A stretch of 64,000 nucleotides of DNA, taken from the NCBI GenBank assembly GCA_026023565.1, contig JAPETS010000029.1, forward strand, positions 124,001-188,000, given 5' to 3'. Source of the DNA: Cirrosporium novae-zelandiae. Its lineage: Eukaryota. The notes below the pieces were generated by a model that saw nothing but the letters and a program-made list of their open reading frames with translations, had not been told where the DNA came from and made no database searches. The position numbers and the translations under genes were made by a program. Below are positions 11,369-23,894 of the stretch, piece after piece (position 1 is the stretch's first letter; the number at the start of each line of letters is the position of its first letter).

Positions 11369-14300
11369 TCAGGCATCTCTTCGTTCTCCACCTGGACACA
11401 CCATTCTTCCATCACCACCTAGAGCCCCTACCGTCGTCCAAACCCTTTTCTCGGCCCATCGTTGTTTTTCCATGGTACCTTTGTAAAATAAATCTTCATC
11501 CCTGCATCCATTTCCCAGCCCTCCATTACTTAGCCATCTTTTGATAATCACAAGCACAAACTCTAGCTTCTTCCTGAATTCGTTGGTCTCCAGGATTTCG
11601 AAAATTTCAGGATCCCTTTGTCGAGAAGAGCAGAGCGAATCGAGAGAGTCCGAGAGAGATCCACGAGCAGCAAGCGCATCATCAAGGAGTCGACCCGTTT
11701 CACGGAGGTAACGTGCTGTCTCGGGCCGAAGGTAATAAAGATCGCAGATAGAACCGTCACCAGAAAGGACGAGTTTTGTATGATCCGGGAAATTGATTTG
11801 TAAGGTACCATCACCAAACGCCCAGATGCCAACGTTTCCGACGCGTTCGTAGAACCTAACCCAAGGGGCATCCCTCTGCAAGCGGTCGGAATCGCTTTCG
11901 TCTTTACCTTCACCTAGAGCCTTGGACATGTACTGTGCAAATTTATCCCACATCCACAGTGATTTTGTCTTCTCCGCTTCGTACACACTTGAAAAGTGGA
12001 CATTAGAAGAAGAATTGGTTCGGCTTAGGTCCTCAATGGGTAGTGACTTTGGTGATACACAAACCCGTTTAAAACCATCATCTCCACAGTTCTCATAGAA
12101 CTCTATGGGTGGCCCGTTCTTTGGAACAAGGAAATCCGCTTGAGAATAGTTGGCCAACTTCCGTTTCTGGAGATGTTCCTCACCTTTCCTGACAATAACA
12201 CACGTGGGATTCTTTGACCGATGGCTATGCGGCAGGAAAAGACAGCCAACTGACCCGTCTCTGAGAATATAGCCTATCCCAAATTTGTTCGTGTAATCTA
12301 CCCACTTCGTCACGACAGGCTGAGATGCGAATCTAGCAGTTGTTGTTTTACGGACACCTTTACCCCAGGACTTGTTATTTGTTTCGGATAAAGCACTGTC
12401 AAGCTTATGTGCAAGAAACTGAAGTTTTCCTTTGACTGATCTCGCATCGCTGTCACGAAGTACCTCGATGTTCTCACGTGGAGAAATAAGAACAGAACTA
12501 GATAGATGTGGAGATGATGCGACTCTTGAGACGACGCGCCGAGGGCGTAGGGAGTTAGTTTTATCGGCATCTGATGCGTGTCTGATTGGCTCAACTGTCT
12601 TGCTCATCGACGCTGATTTCTCATACGAACTCAATGACGATGTAGTAACAGAACGCATCATTCGTACCGATTGTGGTCTTTTCGATATTGCAAGTTCGTT
12701 ACCCATCTTTTCTGAAGGGTTAAGCAAAGGTCGTATCTGTCGATTTCTCAAGGACATTCCTGGTTTTGCTGGCTGTGGCCGTTCGGGCGATCTCTCCTTT
12801 ATCACTGGAGCAGCATGTGTAGCGGAGCGTGCACGTGAACGAATGGGATCTGCTCCTAGTAGACCGTTTGGTCTATTTGCAGTCTTAACGGATTGCTGCC
12901 GAAGCATCGCAGCATGGCTTTGTGGATTTGATCTCCGAATTTTAAGGTCGGCAAGATGGTTTTGTAATTTGACGTCGTCAAGGAGCTTCAACGGGTGATT
13001 GTTAAGAGACCCCTCCTCCGTTTTGGCTGGTGAGGACGACGGCCACGCTCCAGGAACCATACTCGGTTTCTGTTTTGGCTCTGCATCCTGATCCTCCGCA
13101 ATAATAATTTCCTGCTTTGGTCGCCTTCGAGAGCGGTGCATCTTGGAAGGTGGACCGACAAACGCACTACCCGATTGCTGGAGCCAATCACCCCGGATAA
13201 GATATGATTGGTATACTGTATCATCCGTCAGAGGAAGGATTGGCATAAACCCAGCTGCCGTTTCTTCATTGATACGAGTAAACAAGCTCACTCCAACGTC
13301 GACACCTTTGCAAGGATAAACAGCAGGACTATTCAAGCCAGATGGTATCCCGACTCCGCATTGCTCCAGGAGAACGTCTCGATTCATTCCACAATTCTTC
13401 TTTATAGAATCTCCCTGTGGTTTCCCCTTAAGAAGCCATGATGGCTTTTCCTTTCGGCATGAAGGTGACAACACGGGTGCTACGCAGCCAGGATGCATAT
13501 TGAAGAAAGGATGCATCACAATTGCATCAGCCTCTGGGCGATCCTCCGCTCGTACCTGGAGTAAAGTAGAGACAAAATGTCTTACTTCGGGAGGAATATG
13601 ATTTGTGTCCGATGTCTCCTTGGGCCAGTCATAATCGAGGTTCTTGACCCTCTCGTAAATTTCAACAGAAGTACTGGACTGAAACGGGGGTCGGCCGGTT
13701 AGCATGGCGAAAACGATGATCCCGATAGCCCATATATCAACTTTATGACCATGTCCCGTCTCTCTTGATAGAATTTCTGGGGCAATGTAATTGGGTGTGC
13801 CGCACATGGTGGTCCGTCGGTTAGCTCCTTTCACATCCGCATCAGTCACGATGAGAGCTGCCAGTCCAAAGTCGCCAATCTTCACGTTCATGTCTTTATC
13901 TAGAAACAGATTCCCCATTTTCAAGTCCCGATGAATGACGTTCTTTTGGTGCATATATTTGATGGCACCACACATCTGTATTGTAAGCCGGCGTACTTCC
14001 GGTAGACTAAGATACCCTCGTTTCTTCACCATGTCCATAACCGAGCCATTGGAGCACAATTCGAGTACAACATACGTGGTCGCATTAAAGGTGAAAGCAC
14101 GGTAGAACTCGACGATATTCGGATGGTACATCTTTGAATGGATCTGTAGCTCAGTGCGAAACTATTACATGTTAGCACGAATTAATCTATTGACCCTTTC
14201 ATTTCCTTCATTAATCATTCTCTTACCTTATCCTGGAGTTTCATAGTCGAGAAATTTGTCTTGACCATCTTAAGGGCGAATACCCTCGATGGATCTCTTT

Positions 14301-14559
14301 TTAGCTGTCCGGAATAGCATAGGGCAAACCCCCCTTTTCCCAATAGGCCTTTGATTGTGTATTGTTCTCCACCAACCCCATTGTCAAGAATAGGTTCATA
14401 TACCACCGGTGGTGGCTCGGGAGGAAAGTCTTTATGTTTAGGGTGATGTTTCTGCTGCCCTGGAGCTCCATCCTGCTTCGTTGATACTACTCTTGCTTTC
14501 TGTATATATTTTGAAGCCCTTGGAGGCAGGTTTACTGAACGAGGGGATAAAGCTTCCAT
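11369..14559 (-). CDS. plkA: Polo-like kinase (PlkA/Cdc5)
   Basis: Exon 1 14559-14227 (LGKGGFALCY, ALK); intron 14226-14162; HRDLKMGN, DFG, CGTPNYIAPE; polo-box motifs KWVDYTNKFGIGY and QINFPDHTK. Confidence 0.95.
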
Positions 14560-14907
14560 GATTTCTGTGTGGATGAGAGGTGGCCGTACGAAGCTGGGGC
14601 TGTATGGAGAAATTCGGTGAGATGGAGTGAGGTAGTACTAGTCAAAAAATCATTGACATGGTTCTTTTCAAAGGTCCAATAGATAATCAAGGCAACGGCA
14701 ACTACATGTCCAAGGAAATTAGTGTCAGTCAACATATCCACGAACGCCCCAACTACAATTAGAAAATACTCACAAAGCAGTCCCTCCAAGAAGCTCTGTA
14801 GGTCAAGCAAGCTTCTATAGTCCCTTCTTGTAAGTTATCGAGCAGATTGAAGGCAGTTGCGATAGTTTGTAAAATCGAGAAGGTTCAACTCTGGAATTTG
14901 AATGTTG

Positions 14908-14941
14908 TGTTTACAAACTCTCGGGTTGCCCCATAGCAACG
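14908..14941. promoter_or_regulatory. Adjacent forkhead site and RFX X-box-like element upstream of the polo kinase gene
   Basis: TGTTTAC at 14908-14914 and GTTGCCCCATAGCAAC at 14925-14940, about 350-380 bp upstream of the ATG. Confidence 0.5.
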
Positions 14942-15372
14942 CCCCGTAACTTTTAGCTCATCTGCAAGAATAGTCTAGCCGGAATCTCGGAATTTCGGAG
15001 TAAGCTGTGACTTCTCGGGCTCAAAAAATCCGAGAGTCCCGCAACAATTTGATCATTTGAGAAGAATATTTAATATTAATTATCGTGTAGAGCTGACTTT
15101 TATTTTCATATTTTCTTATAGCAACTATCTTTTTTCCTCCTGGAGCTGATCCCACTTTCTTCTCTTCGTTTGAGGCCTCCTGAAGACTCTTCTTAATCCA
15201 ATTTCCAGTACTTTTGGACTTTGTGGATTACTGTGTATCACCGGCATCTTCGGCCTACAGCCTCAACACCACCAATATTCATCCCAATGGCTTAGATAGC
15301 TTCTCCTTCGACGTCACACCCTCTTGACAATCTCAACCTTCTCTACTCAATTCTTTCCTTTACTCCATCAAG

Positions 15373-16575
15373 ATGTCTTCCCTCACCTTAAAACTAGGCT
15401 CTCTGGCGATCCGTACACTCGCAAAGCCCATTGGGGTATGCACCCTCCCGTATCTAGTGAAGATTCCTATAAAAGTCCCGGGACTAGCTTTCTTGAAACT
15501 CAGCGGCGAATATTATCTGAGGCATAATTGATCAGATAATTCCTTGAAACAATATCTTTCAAGAGATTCCAAAGCCCAAAGCCTTACTATATTCTGGCTA
15601 CTTTATAAGTTGGCAGTCTCGAGATCTTTACGACGCTTCATTCATTTTATTCTACTTATACACGTGTTCGTTTGCTTATATCGGTGTTAGAACAGAATAA
15701 AAGCTCAAGCCCGTGAGCATGAACGCTTCCGTCGCTATTGCGTCCGTTTCGCCCAATTCCTTCACCGTACAGACATGCGCATGCGCCTTGGCTTGATAAA
15801 CGATCAGGCGGCGCTCGACCGTCAAGCTGCACGGGAAGCCGCAGAAGTTGCAAAGAAAAACAAGCCCAAGATTACAACAGTAAAAACAGAAGCTCAGGTC
15901 AAACTAGATGAACTTCGTGCCAAGCGCGACGTAGAAAAGGACAAGGAGGTGGAGAAGCCAGCGCCAAAGCCTAAGATAAGGCCCTTGAGCGAGGCGAAGG
16001 CTATTGACACGGGAGCTTCTTTCGTTTCTGAAGCGTTCATTTTCCTTGTTGCTGGTAGTCTCATTGTTTTTGAATCCTACCGTTCTCGTCGTAAAGAGAA
16101 TTCCCGCCGAGAGGATGTGGCAGATCAATTGCGCGAATTAAAAGAGGGCGCTCAGGCCGACCGAGAGGCCATTCGACAGGCTCTTCTTCAGTTAGAAAAG
16201 GAAGTGTTACGCCAGAGGCATGAGCATGACAAAGAAAAGGCAGGATTGATGACCAAGATTAGTTACATACAACACCATGACGATCATGAGCATATCATAC
16301 CGCGGACATTCTGGAGTCAGCAAGAGCAGGACGAGAAAGAGGATGAAAAAGAGGCCAAAGGATGGTTCGTAAATTTGAGCACATATTTCCAAGGTTCGAA
16401 GAAGGGACAAAAACAGACAATTGAAGACTCTAAGGATCCTTCCAAGCCGAATTCTATTACGGCGAAAGCATCAAAACCCGAAAACATTACCTCAGCAATA
16501 CCTATAATCCCTTCATCAGCACCTCTACCACCTTCTCCAGCGGAAAAGGGCCCAGAGGCTTCGAAAGGGGATTAG
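15373..16575 (+). CDS. opa3: OPA3-like mitochondrial protein
   Basis: Exon 1 15373-15435 MSSLTLKLGSLAIRTLAKPIG; intron 15436-15690; NRIKAQAREHERFR...IRPLSEAKAIDTGASFVSEAFIFLVAG followed by a coiled coil. Confidence 0.9.
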
Positions 16576-17288
16576 AAGCGCTCTCTACAATGCCATTATA
16601 CATGATTTGGAAGTTTAGACGGCACTGGCATATATTTATATGATACCACCATGTTTATAACCTTTTTGAGTATATATTCCGCCAGTGTTATAGCAGCCAA
16701 AATAACTGCAGCCAAAATAACTCCAACCATAATGCCATATCCTTAGTCTTTGGGTTTTGACGGTCCTTTTGTGAGGGTTTAGACTTTTTATGTTGATTAT
16801 GTTAGTGGTTTGTAGAAAAGACTTATGATGGGAGCAAATGCTAATTAGCAGTTTAGACATGAGTTATAAAAAAGGAGCCCTTGAAGAGTATGGATTTCGG
16901 AGGGACTAAGGGTTTGGGGAGGGGGGGGGGCGGTGATATATGATAGTCAAATTTTTTTATTCTTCTTCAGAAGTTAAGGCATTGGGTACTTTAAGAGATC
17001 TTTAAGTACATAGAGTGCACATCGAATCCGCTCTGGGTTCGCTGAAACCATTGAGGAAGTTGTACTCAAAGCCGGAGATGCGGTGTGGAGGAGAATCAAA
17101 GGTAAGCTCAGCCGAATGTAAACAATCGTTGGAGTTTACCTGGACTTGGTATTTGTTTTGATTCTAAAGTTATAGGGTCATTGTTCAGAGCTCTCCATCG
17201 CGAGGCGGTGTCATAAAGTCACGCCGTGGATCTGGTATTCAATAACTCACCGTCCATCTATTCATCCATATCCACAAGAACAAGCCTT

Positions 17289-17711
17289 TCAAAGAACCTC
17301 CATTTCTCCTTCGGCGCAACTCATCTTCGTCTTTCTAATCCACTCACCAGCCTCTAGATACAAGGTCTCAATATTAAAACTTTCAGGCTTCTCGTATATA
17401 TCAACCTTTCCTTCTCGCATCAAATCTTCCCGCGCCTCTTTTGGCAGGCCCCGTAAGAACCAAACCGCCTGACTATATTCATCCAATAAGCCCTTGTGTA
17501 CCAACTCAGATGACTCTACCAAGTAGATTTTGCAGTAACGCTCCAGCTTATGCCAGTCATCGGAATTTGTAGGGACAGAGCGAGGAGGGTGCCTATAGCT
17601 TAAGTTTTCAACTGATGTGTAGCTTATCTCTGAAAGCCAGCGATCTTCGAGTTCATCCTCAGTAGGGAGAGGTGTAGAGTGGAGTGGTATTTCATTTGTT
17701 TGGATGCCCAT
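17289..17711 (-). CDS. Hypothetical 140-aa protein resembling a fungal LTR-retrotransposon Gag segment
   Basis: Intact ATG-TGA ORF. LERYCKIYLVESSELVHKGLLDEYSQAVWFLRGLP recalls the Gag 'Y..F...L...LD.Y....WFL.GLP' pattern (recognition only). Confidence 0.5.
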   Translation of the reverse strand: MGIQTNEIPLHSTPLPTEDELEDRWLSEISYTSVENLSYRHPPRSVPTNSDDWHKLERYCKIYLVESSELVHKGLLDEYSQAVWFLRGLPKEAREDLMREGKVDIYEKPESFNIETLYLEAGEWIRKTKMSCAEGEMEVL

Positions 17712-18380
17712 CTTGAAAAGGAAGGGCTGGGGATATAATCAAGATAGAAGGGGTTTGTAGAGGAGAGGTTTTTGTAGTTTCTTGATGAAAAAGTTGTTAT
17801 TGAAGCCTGTTCATATGTATTAGCAAAAAAATATCTTTAGAAGAGGCGCGTCATGCATCAGCAGGTCGACTTACCCTTCCTATCAAAAGGGTTGGGTTCT
17901 TGAGAAACCTGTCAACCTGTCAGCAAACGCGAAAAAGGCCTAGGGTTGGAGTACAAATAAGGTTATAAAAACACCCATTCTAGGTATAACGTATTTTACT
18001 TTTCAGTCAAGTAGACGTTGACGTTGATCTCACGGATCTTACGAATCTCTCAGTCTAAGAGCCTTTTATTAATTTTCCTGGAACCTTTGTCTCAAACACT
18101 AATTATGTTGTGCATTATTGATGTGGTCTTTCTCGGATTACATGCTGCATGTGCTGCTCCCGCGAAGAAAGGTGCAAGAGAGGGATGGTTGATATAACCA
18201 CCTGGTTCAACTATTATAGGAGTTGATGTTATAGTAGTACTCTCACATTGGCTGATGAGACTACTCGAGTACGAATCATTAGCGCTAATATCTCGCTGCA
18301 ATGATACACCGATCTAAGGACAACTTTCATGACTTTCTGCGCAAAATGAGTGACTTCTGCTACACTCTGACTGCTTCAAA

Positions 18381-19931
18381 ATGAAGATCTTGCAATCGAA
18401 TGCGTTAGTACTTGGCCTTCTATTTGTTTTGTTAACCTTGTCAAAAACCTCCAATGGATTCAGTTGTAATCTAGCAGATGCGGACGAGAAGCCTCGCATT
18501 TTCGTGCTTAGCGATATCTCTAACGAACCAGATGACACCCAATCCATGGTGAGATTACTTTTACATAGTGATCAACTAGATATCCAGGGTCTTGTCGCGA
18601 CTACCTCCTACTGGCTCAACTCCTCTACCCATGCAGACCAGATTCATGCTGTCATTGATGGTTATGCGAAGGTGTACAATAACCTCAAAATTCATGGGAT
18701 TGGCCAATACCCCACCCCTAAATACCTCAAAGCATTGGTGCGGAGTGGGCCTTCCGTCTATGGTATGGCTAGCATTTCTGATGAAGGTGTCTCGGAAGGC
18801 GCACAATTGCTCATCGACGCGGTTGAATCTTCTTCGAAGCCACTATGGGTACAGGTTTGGGGGGGTGCAGCCGTTCTTGGGGAGGCTTTGAATCGAATCC
18901 AAAGAGCGAGAACAGAAAAGGACACCAAGAATTTCATGTCCAGACTCCGGGTCTATTCAATCTCGGATCAGGATGATGTGGGTGTTTGGATACGACGTGA
19001 ATTTCCATCCGTTTTCTATTTAAGCTCTGTTCATGGGTGGAACCAGTATGGACTCGCCCTATGGACTGGCATTTCAGGGGAAGGTCACTACGGATTTGAC
19101 AAGGGAGGCCCTGACACGGAGCTTGTGACAAATGAATGGGTTAAAAAGAACATTCAAATAGGGCCATTAGGTTCCCTTTATCCAGATATCATGTTCATCA
19201 TGGAAGGAGACTCTCCGGCTCTTCTTTATACTTTGCAAAACGGACTGAACGCACCAGAGCATCCGAGCTGGGGTGGTTGGGGCGGGAGATATACCCCAAC
19301 AAGCCTCTCGGGTAAGAGCCAACACTATGCTGATACAGTCGATCGAGTGACTGGGAAAGACGGGCGACTCTTCCTCAGCAATCACGCAACAATCTGGAGA
19401 TGGCGCGAAGCTTTCCAAAACGAGTTTGCGGCGCGAATCCAATGGACATTGACGAAGGACTATCAGAAAACACCACATCCGCCGTCAGTCGTTGTAAACG
19501 CTTCATGCTCCAACACACCCCTTGAGATGCGTGTATGTCCAGGCTCCAGACTCGTCTTTGATGCATCGCAGTCACAAGATCCCCTCACCGGTACCCACGA
19601 GTCTCTAATCTTTAAATGGTGGCAATATCGTGATATCACCGCGACCCAATGGTCGGTCGAACACGAGGTTCCAGAATTGAAAATTTCTTTTGCGGAATCC
19701 GATCCGAGGAACCTTGTGGCGACTATTGAGATTCCTTCGATCGAGGAGGCCTGTCGTTCTCCAAAGGCTTTGCATGCATCTTCAAAGCTGCAAAGAGTCT
19801 GTCAATCATACCATCTCATTTTAGAGGTGAAAAATGGTGGTGATATACCTTTAACGAGGTATAGGAGGATGGTTTTCAATGTGATTAATGATTCTAAGTG
19901 TGCTACGGAGGGATCACATGATGAATTGTAA
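18381..19931 (+). CDS. DUF1593 (Sde182/nucleoside-hydrolase-like) protein with signal peptide and C-terminal HDEL
   Basis: Hydrophobic N-terminus; KPRIFVLSDISNEPDDTQSMVRLLL, VYSISDQDD, MEGDSP, PSWGGWGGRY, TIWRWREAFQNEFAARIQW; ends SHDEL; no introns. Confidence 0.88.
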   Translation: MKILQSNALVLGLLFVLLTLSKTSNGFSCNLADADEKPRIFVLSDISNEPDDTQSMVRLLLHSDQLDIQGLVATTSYWLNSSTHADQIHAVIDGYAKVYNNLKIHGIGQYPTPKYLKALVRSGPSVYGMASISDEGVSEGAQLLIDAVESSSKPLWVQVWGGAAVLGEALNRIQRARTEKDTKNFMSRLRVYSISDQDDVGVWIRREFPSVFYLSSVHGWNQYGLALWTGISGEGHYGFDKGGPDTELVTNEWVKKNIQIGPLGSLYPDIMFIMEGDSPALLYTLQNGLNAPEHPSWGGWGGRYTPTSLSGKSQHYADTVDRVTGKDGRLFLSNHATIWRWREAFQNEFAARIQWTLTKDYQKTPHPPSVVVNASCSNTPLEMRVCPGSRLVFDASQSQDPLTGTHESLIFKWWQYRDITATQWSVEHEVPELKISFAESDPRNLVATIEIPSIEEACRSPKALHASSKLQRVCQSYHLILEVKNGGDIPLTRYRRMVFNVINDSKCATEGSHDEL

Positions 19932-20946
19932 ACCTTGTGACATGTCAACCTGTAATACAACGGACATGGTAACTAGTCAAATAAAGTGTCCTGGATATCA
20001 TCCAGCTATTTTTGGAGAATAAATGTTGCTTAATATCTATCTATATACTGTAAGTGTTGTAAAATGAACAAGACCACCTCGGGTTAATTAATACAATACA
20101 AATGTTTAGAAATACCCTTTAGATTTCTTAGTAAACTCGATTCCACGAGAGCCTATATTTAACATTAATTGTCGCCCATGTTATATAATTTTTTTTTTTT
20201 AATTTCAGGATTTAATAAGAAATTCATATATATTAATAATATCAAAATAATTACATCTGTATCCAAAAAACAAAAATAATAATAAAATCTGAATATTTTA
20301 AAAATTAATTGATTTGTAGATATGGATAGTACTACTTCGGATATTAATCGAAGTAGTCTCGTTCATTTTTGCAATAGACTACCCACAGTACGGTTAGGTT
20401 GTTTGTGAGGGCTTGCATATCACTTTGTCTACCTTGGTGGGCATAGACTACCGCTTTGTATATAAATACCTAGGTACCCCACCGTGCCCACTTGCACCCT
20501 TGGACCCTTTGTACCCCTTGCACCCCATTCCTACCCCCCCCCCCCCCCCAAAGAAAAGAGAAGAGGAGAAGAAGAAAAAAAAAAAAAAAGGGGGGGGGGG
20601 GGCAGAAAGAGGTATATAGGTGATATTTTTTATTCCTAGCATATCTATTGCTGAATTCCTATTAATTATATTCAAGTTAGATTTTTTAGATTTTTCAATT
20701 TATAGGGTGTGTTGGGGTGTGTTTGTGTGTGTGTGTGTAGCTGATGCCACTTCGTCTTCTTCTTCTTTAAAATTGCCATGGCTGGAACTTCAATTTTTTG
20801 TTTGTTTGTTCATTTGGTCTATCTATCTATCTATATTATTATTTTTATGGATACGCTCGCTCTAAAGAAACAAAGAAAGAAAGGAAGAAAGGAAGAAAGG
20901 AAATGGGTATACCTTCCATTCATCATACTGAAATCATCTCATAATC

Positions 20947-22042
20947 TCACTCAATAACAATACTCTCCTGAAACCTCCTCCCACTCCCACTCCCATTTCT
21001 ATTCACATTCCCACCCCCTTGCTGCTCCCCACTCTCTGCCGAAATATGATACCCTCTTTCTCCATTCCCGTTAGTCCCAAAAACCATTTGGGGCGTCACG
21101 ATCCCAGCAGCATGGCCATACCCACCACTGGTATCGTGGACGAAAGTACCGAAATCGAAATCGTTGGAGGGGGGGTAGGGAAAGGTTGAATGGAATTGGG
21201 TTTGGGTTTGAGTCTGAGTTGGGGTTGGGGTTGTTGACGGCGGCGGCAGTGGTAGTGGGGAGCCCATTCCGATTCCTGGGATCCCCGCTGCTGTTCCTCC
21301 TGGCCCGAGGATATATCCACCATCGTTCCCAGTACCCGCTTCCTGCTTCACAGTCCCCACACCAATCCCAAATCCACCATACCCACCTCCATACCCCTCC
21401 TCCCATATCTGCTGTTGCTCTTGCCCTTCCTTCTTCACACCCCTCTCTGCACTCCCATTTCCATATACCCCGCCCTTCCCACCACCACACCCATCATCAT
21501 CATCCTCCACCACCCTTTGGATCATTCCATCATTACCACTACTACCACACAGCTCCAACTCCAATTTCCGTTTCTTGGAAAGCGTCCTGGTGTCGGATTT
21601 TTCTTTGTCCTTGGTTTTTGGTGATGTGCGGGAGGTGCTGGGGGGGAAGGCTCCGGGGATGCTGGCGCCAATGCCGTGGGCTTTCATCATTCGTTCGTAG
21701 CGTTTTGCGCTGTGGGAGGTGGGGGGTTTAGTGCTGTGTATGTTTGTGTGTGTAAAGGTTGGAGTTGGGGGGGAAGAGGGAAAGGGAATGAGGAGAGGGA
21801 AGACTTACGCTGCGCCTTTGGATACGATACCGCATTCTTTTGCTACTTCGTAGAAGTCGACCTATTGTTATTGTCAGTGTTTCGCTGGTCGAGGGATTGA
21901 TGTAAGATAAGAGGTGAAATAAGAGTAAGAAAAACACTCAATAAAATATGAGATATATATATTGACTCACCCTTCCTCCATTAGACCAGCGTACACAGCT
22001 GATAAGGAATTTGAATTGCTCTTCGATTGAGGCACGAGACAT
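20947..22042 (-). CDS. Fungal Myb-like DNA-binding domain protein with a low-complexity tail
   Basis: Exons 22042-21971, 21861-21809 and 21709-20947 give MSRASIEEQFKFLISCVRWSNGGR-VDFYEVAKECGIVSKGAAAKRYERMMKAHGI; splice sites are canonical. Confidence 0.8.
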
Positions 22043-23390
22043 TTTGAGTGATGGTTGAATTACTCTTTTTATCTGTTACTTCGTCGCTAGTTATGTTGAA
22101 TATGTCGAGGTTATGTAAAGTTTTGAGGAGGATGACAATTCTAGTAGTTAAATAGCTAGCTACCTAAGCGAGACAGTCGAAGAAGAAGATAGCATGGACA
22201 AGACGGGATAAGCACTCAATCAGTCTCCCTATAGGCACCAAAATCTCATCTAAGTACGAGCCAAGCCGAGGTAGACAAGATGCTATAACCAGCCAAAACC
22301 ATAAGGGTAGATTGTTGGACAGAAGATTGGAAAAACGAGAACGGAAAGAGGGAGACTGGTCTGGCTGATATAGGACTGGCTGATGACATAGGACAGGCTG
22401 GCCTGATGGTGGAAGAAGGTTCCTAGGTAATTATTGCCGTTGTTGCCTTGTTAACGGAGTTGTTGATATCTGAGAGAGAGAGGAGTGTATGAATGTAGTA
22501 AGCATGTGGTGGGCCGTGGAGCGTGCTTGAGGGATGAATGAATCAGGGCATAATGCATGGAGGCTTTATGGGAATGGGGTATTTTTTATTCATGGTAAAG
22601 GGATGATGAATGGGTGGGTGATAAAGAAATAGAATGAAGGTGTACTTCTTCTTCTTCTCCTTTTGTGGAGTATGTTAGGGTGAGTGTATTTAATGCGATA
22701 TTGTTGTTATTGCTGCTGCTGTGAAGGTATTGTTGCTTTTATTAGATATTTTCAATGTCTTTCTTACTAAGGTTAGTTGTTTTTATTAACTTCTTCGATT
22801 ATTGTTGTCTTGATGTATATATGTATGTATATGAATAGGACTTGTTTAATGCTCTGCTCCATGCTGAGAAGCAAATCAATCTCTTTCACCCCTAACCCGC
22901 TCCTAGAAATCTGCAGAAAGCAGTAATGAATAATGATAAAATGCACTCTATTACGTTCTTTGCGTCTCAATTCTCCATTTCAACAGTCAACACTCGACTA
23001 TAGCCCTTACGATTTGGGCTCAAATTTTTGCGATAGGTCAATCTAGTCAATGACTAAGCTGCTTTGCTGGACCCTGGCGTAGTTTTGGTTCTTCAAAGCG
23101 CGCTGGTTTTCGTCCCCATATTATATTGCAAATCCAGAGTCGGTTTGGAACAGCTACCTGATTGCTGCCAAAGTTAGATACTATGACCGTAGGCAATGAA
23201 GAGTATGTCTTTTTCTCGATTGACATAGATCCAGGATATTGTTTTCCAGAAAAGTGAGATGAGTTGCAGAAAGAATCACCCAGTACGAATATCCTTCAGG
23301 TGATAGGGTCCTCGTCTAACGGAAAGAGTGAATTTGTAGAAAAAGTATTCCTGTTGGCGGTGGTGGACATGGGAATGTATTTCATCATCC

Positions 23391-23894
23391 TCATGCTGCA
23401 CAATGGACTGGACCCATGATCCTGTTATTCAGCATTTCTTCCTCCCAAGGATCGTTTCTCTCCTTCATCATACGTAAATTCAGTGGATGAGCATACAACG
23501 TCAAAACATGGCCAGAATAAATACAAATGCAATGCTCGTGCCAGATATGCAATGATTCAACCTTGGTACTGATCACATGCCTAGGAACTGTTGCCATGAA
23601 CCGTCTTAAACATTGCACATGGTAAAACTTTATTTCTCGAGGGCATGTGAAGGATGGAATATAAAGTTTCATTTCATAGTAAATTTGACGACAAGTTTGG
23701 ACAAAATTTTTGGCCTCTATACGACACTGTTGATAACGCTTGGCCCTGCATTTCGAGATTTCATGCTTGTTGGTGATGGAGCAAGAAGGATTAGGGTTTG
23801 AGAGACCTTTGGTAATGTATGCATATATCTTATTCCGAAGTTCGGGAGGGAGCGATAAGAAGAGGAAAGGAGTTTCAGCAACTTGGGAAGACAT
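23391..23894 (-). CDS. Hypothetical protein with an N-terminal F-box-like motif
   Basis: MSSQVAETPFLFLSLPPELRNKIYAY...FVQTCRQIYYE is a typical fungal F-box-like signature. ATG 23894 is preferred over the upstream GTG start in the ORF track. Confidence 0.65.
   Translation of the reverse strand: MSSQVAETPFLFLSLPPELRNKIYAYITKGLSNPNPSCSITNKHEISKCRAKRYQQCRIEAKNFVQTCRQIYYEMKLYIPSFTCPREIKFYHVQCLRRFMATVPRHVISTKVESLHIWHEHCICIYSGHVLTLYAHPLNLRMMKERNDPWEEEMLNNRIMGPVHCAA

Noticed and set aside
20534..20602. C-run / purine tract / G-run with ORFs on both strands
   Set aside because: Homopolymer low complexity typical of this genome's intergenic DNA; the ORFs are artefacts.
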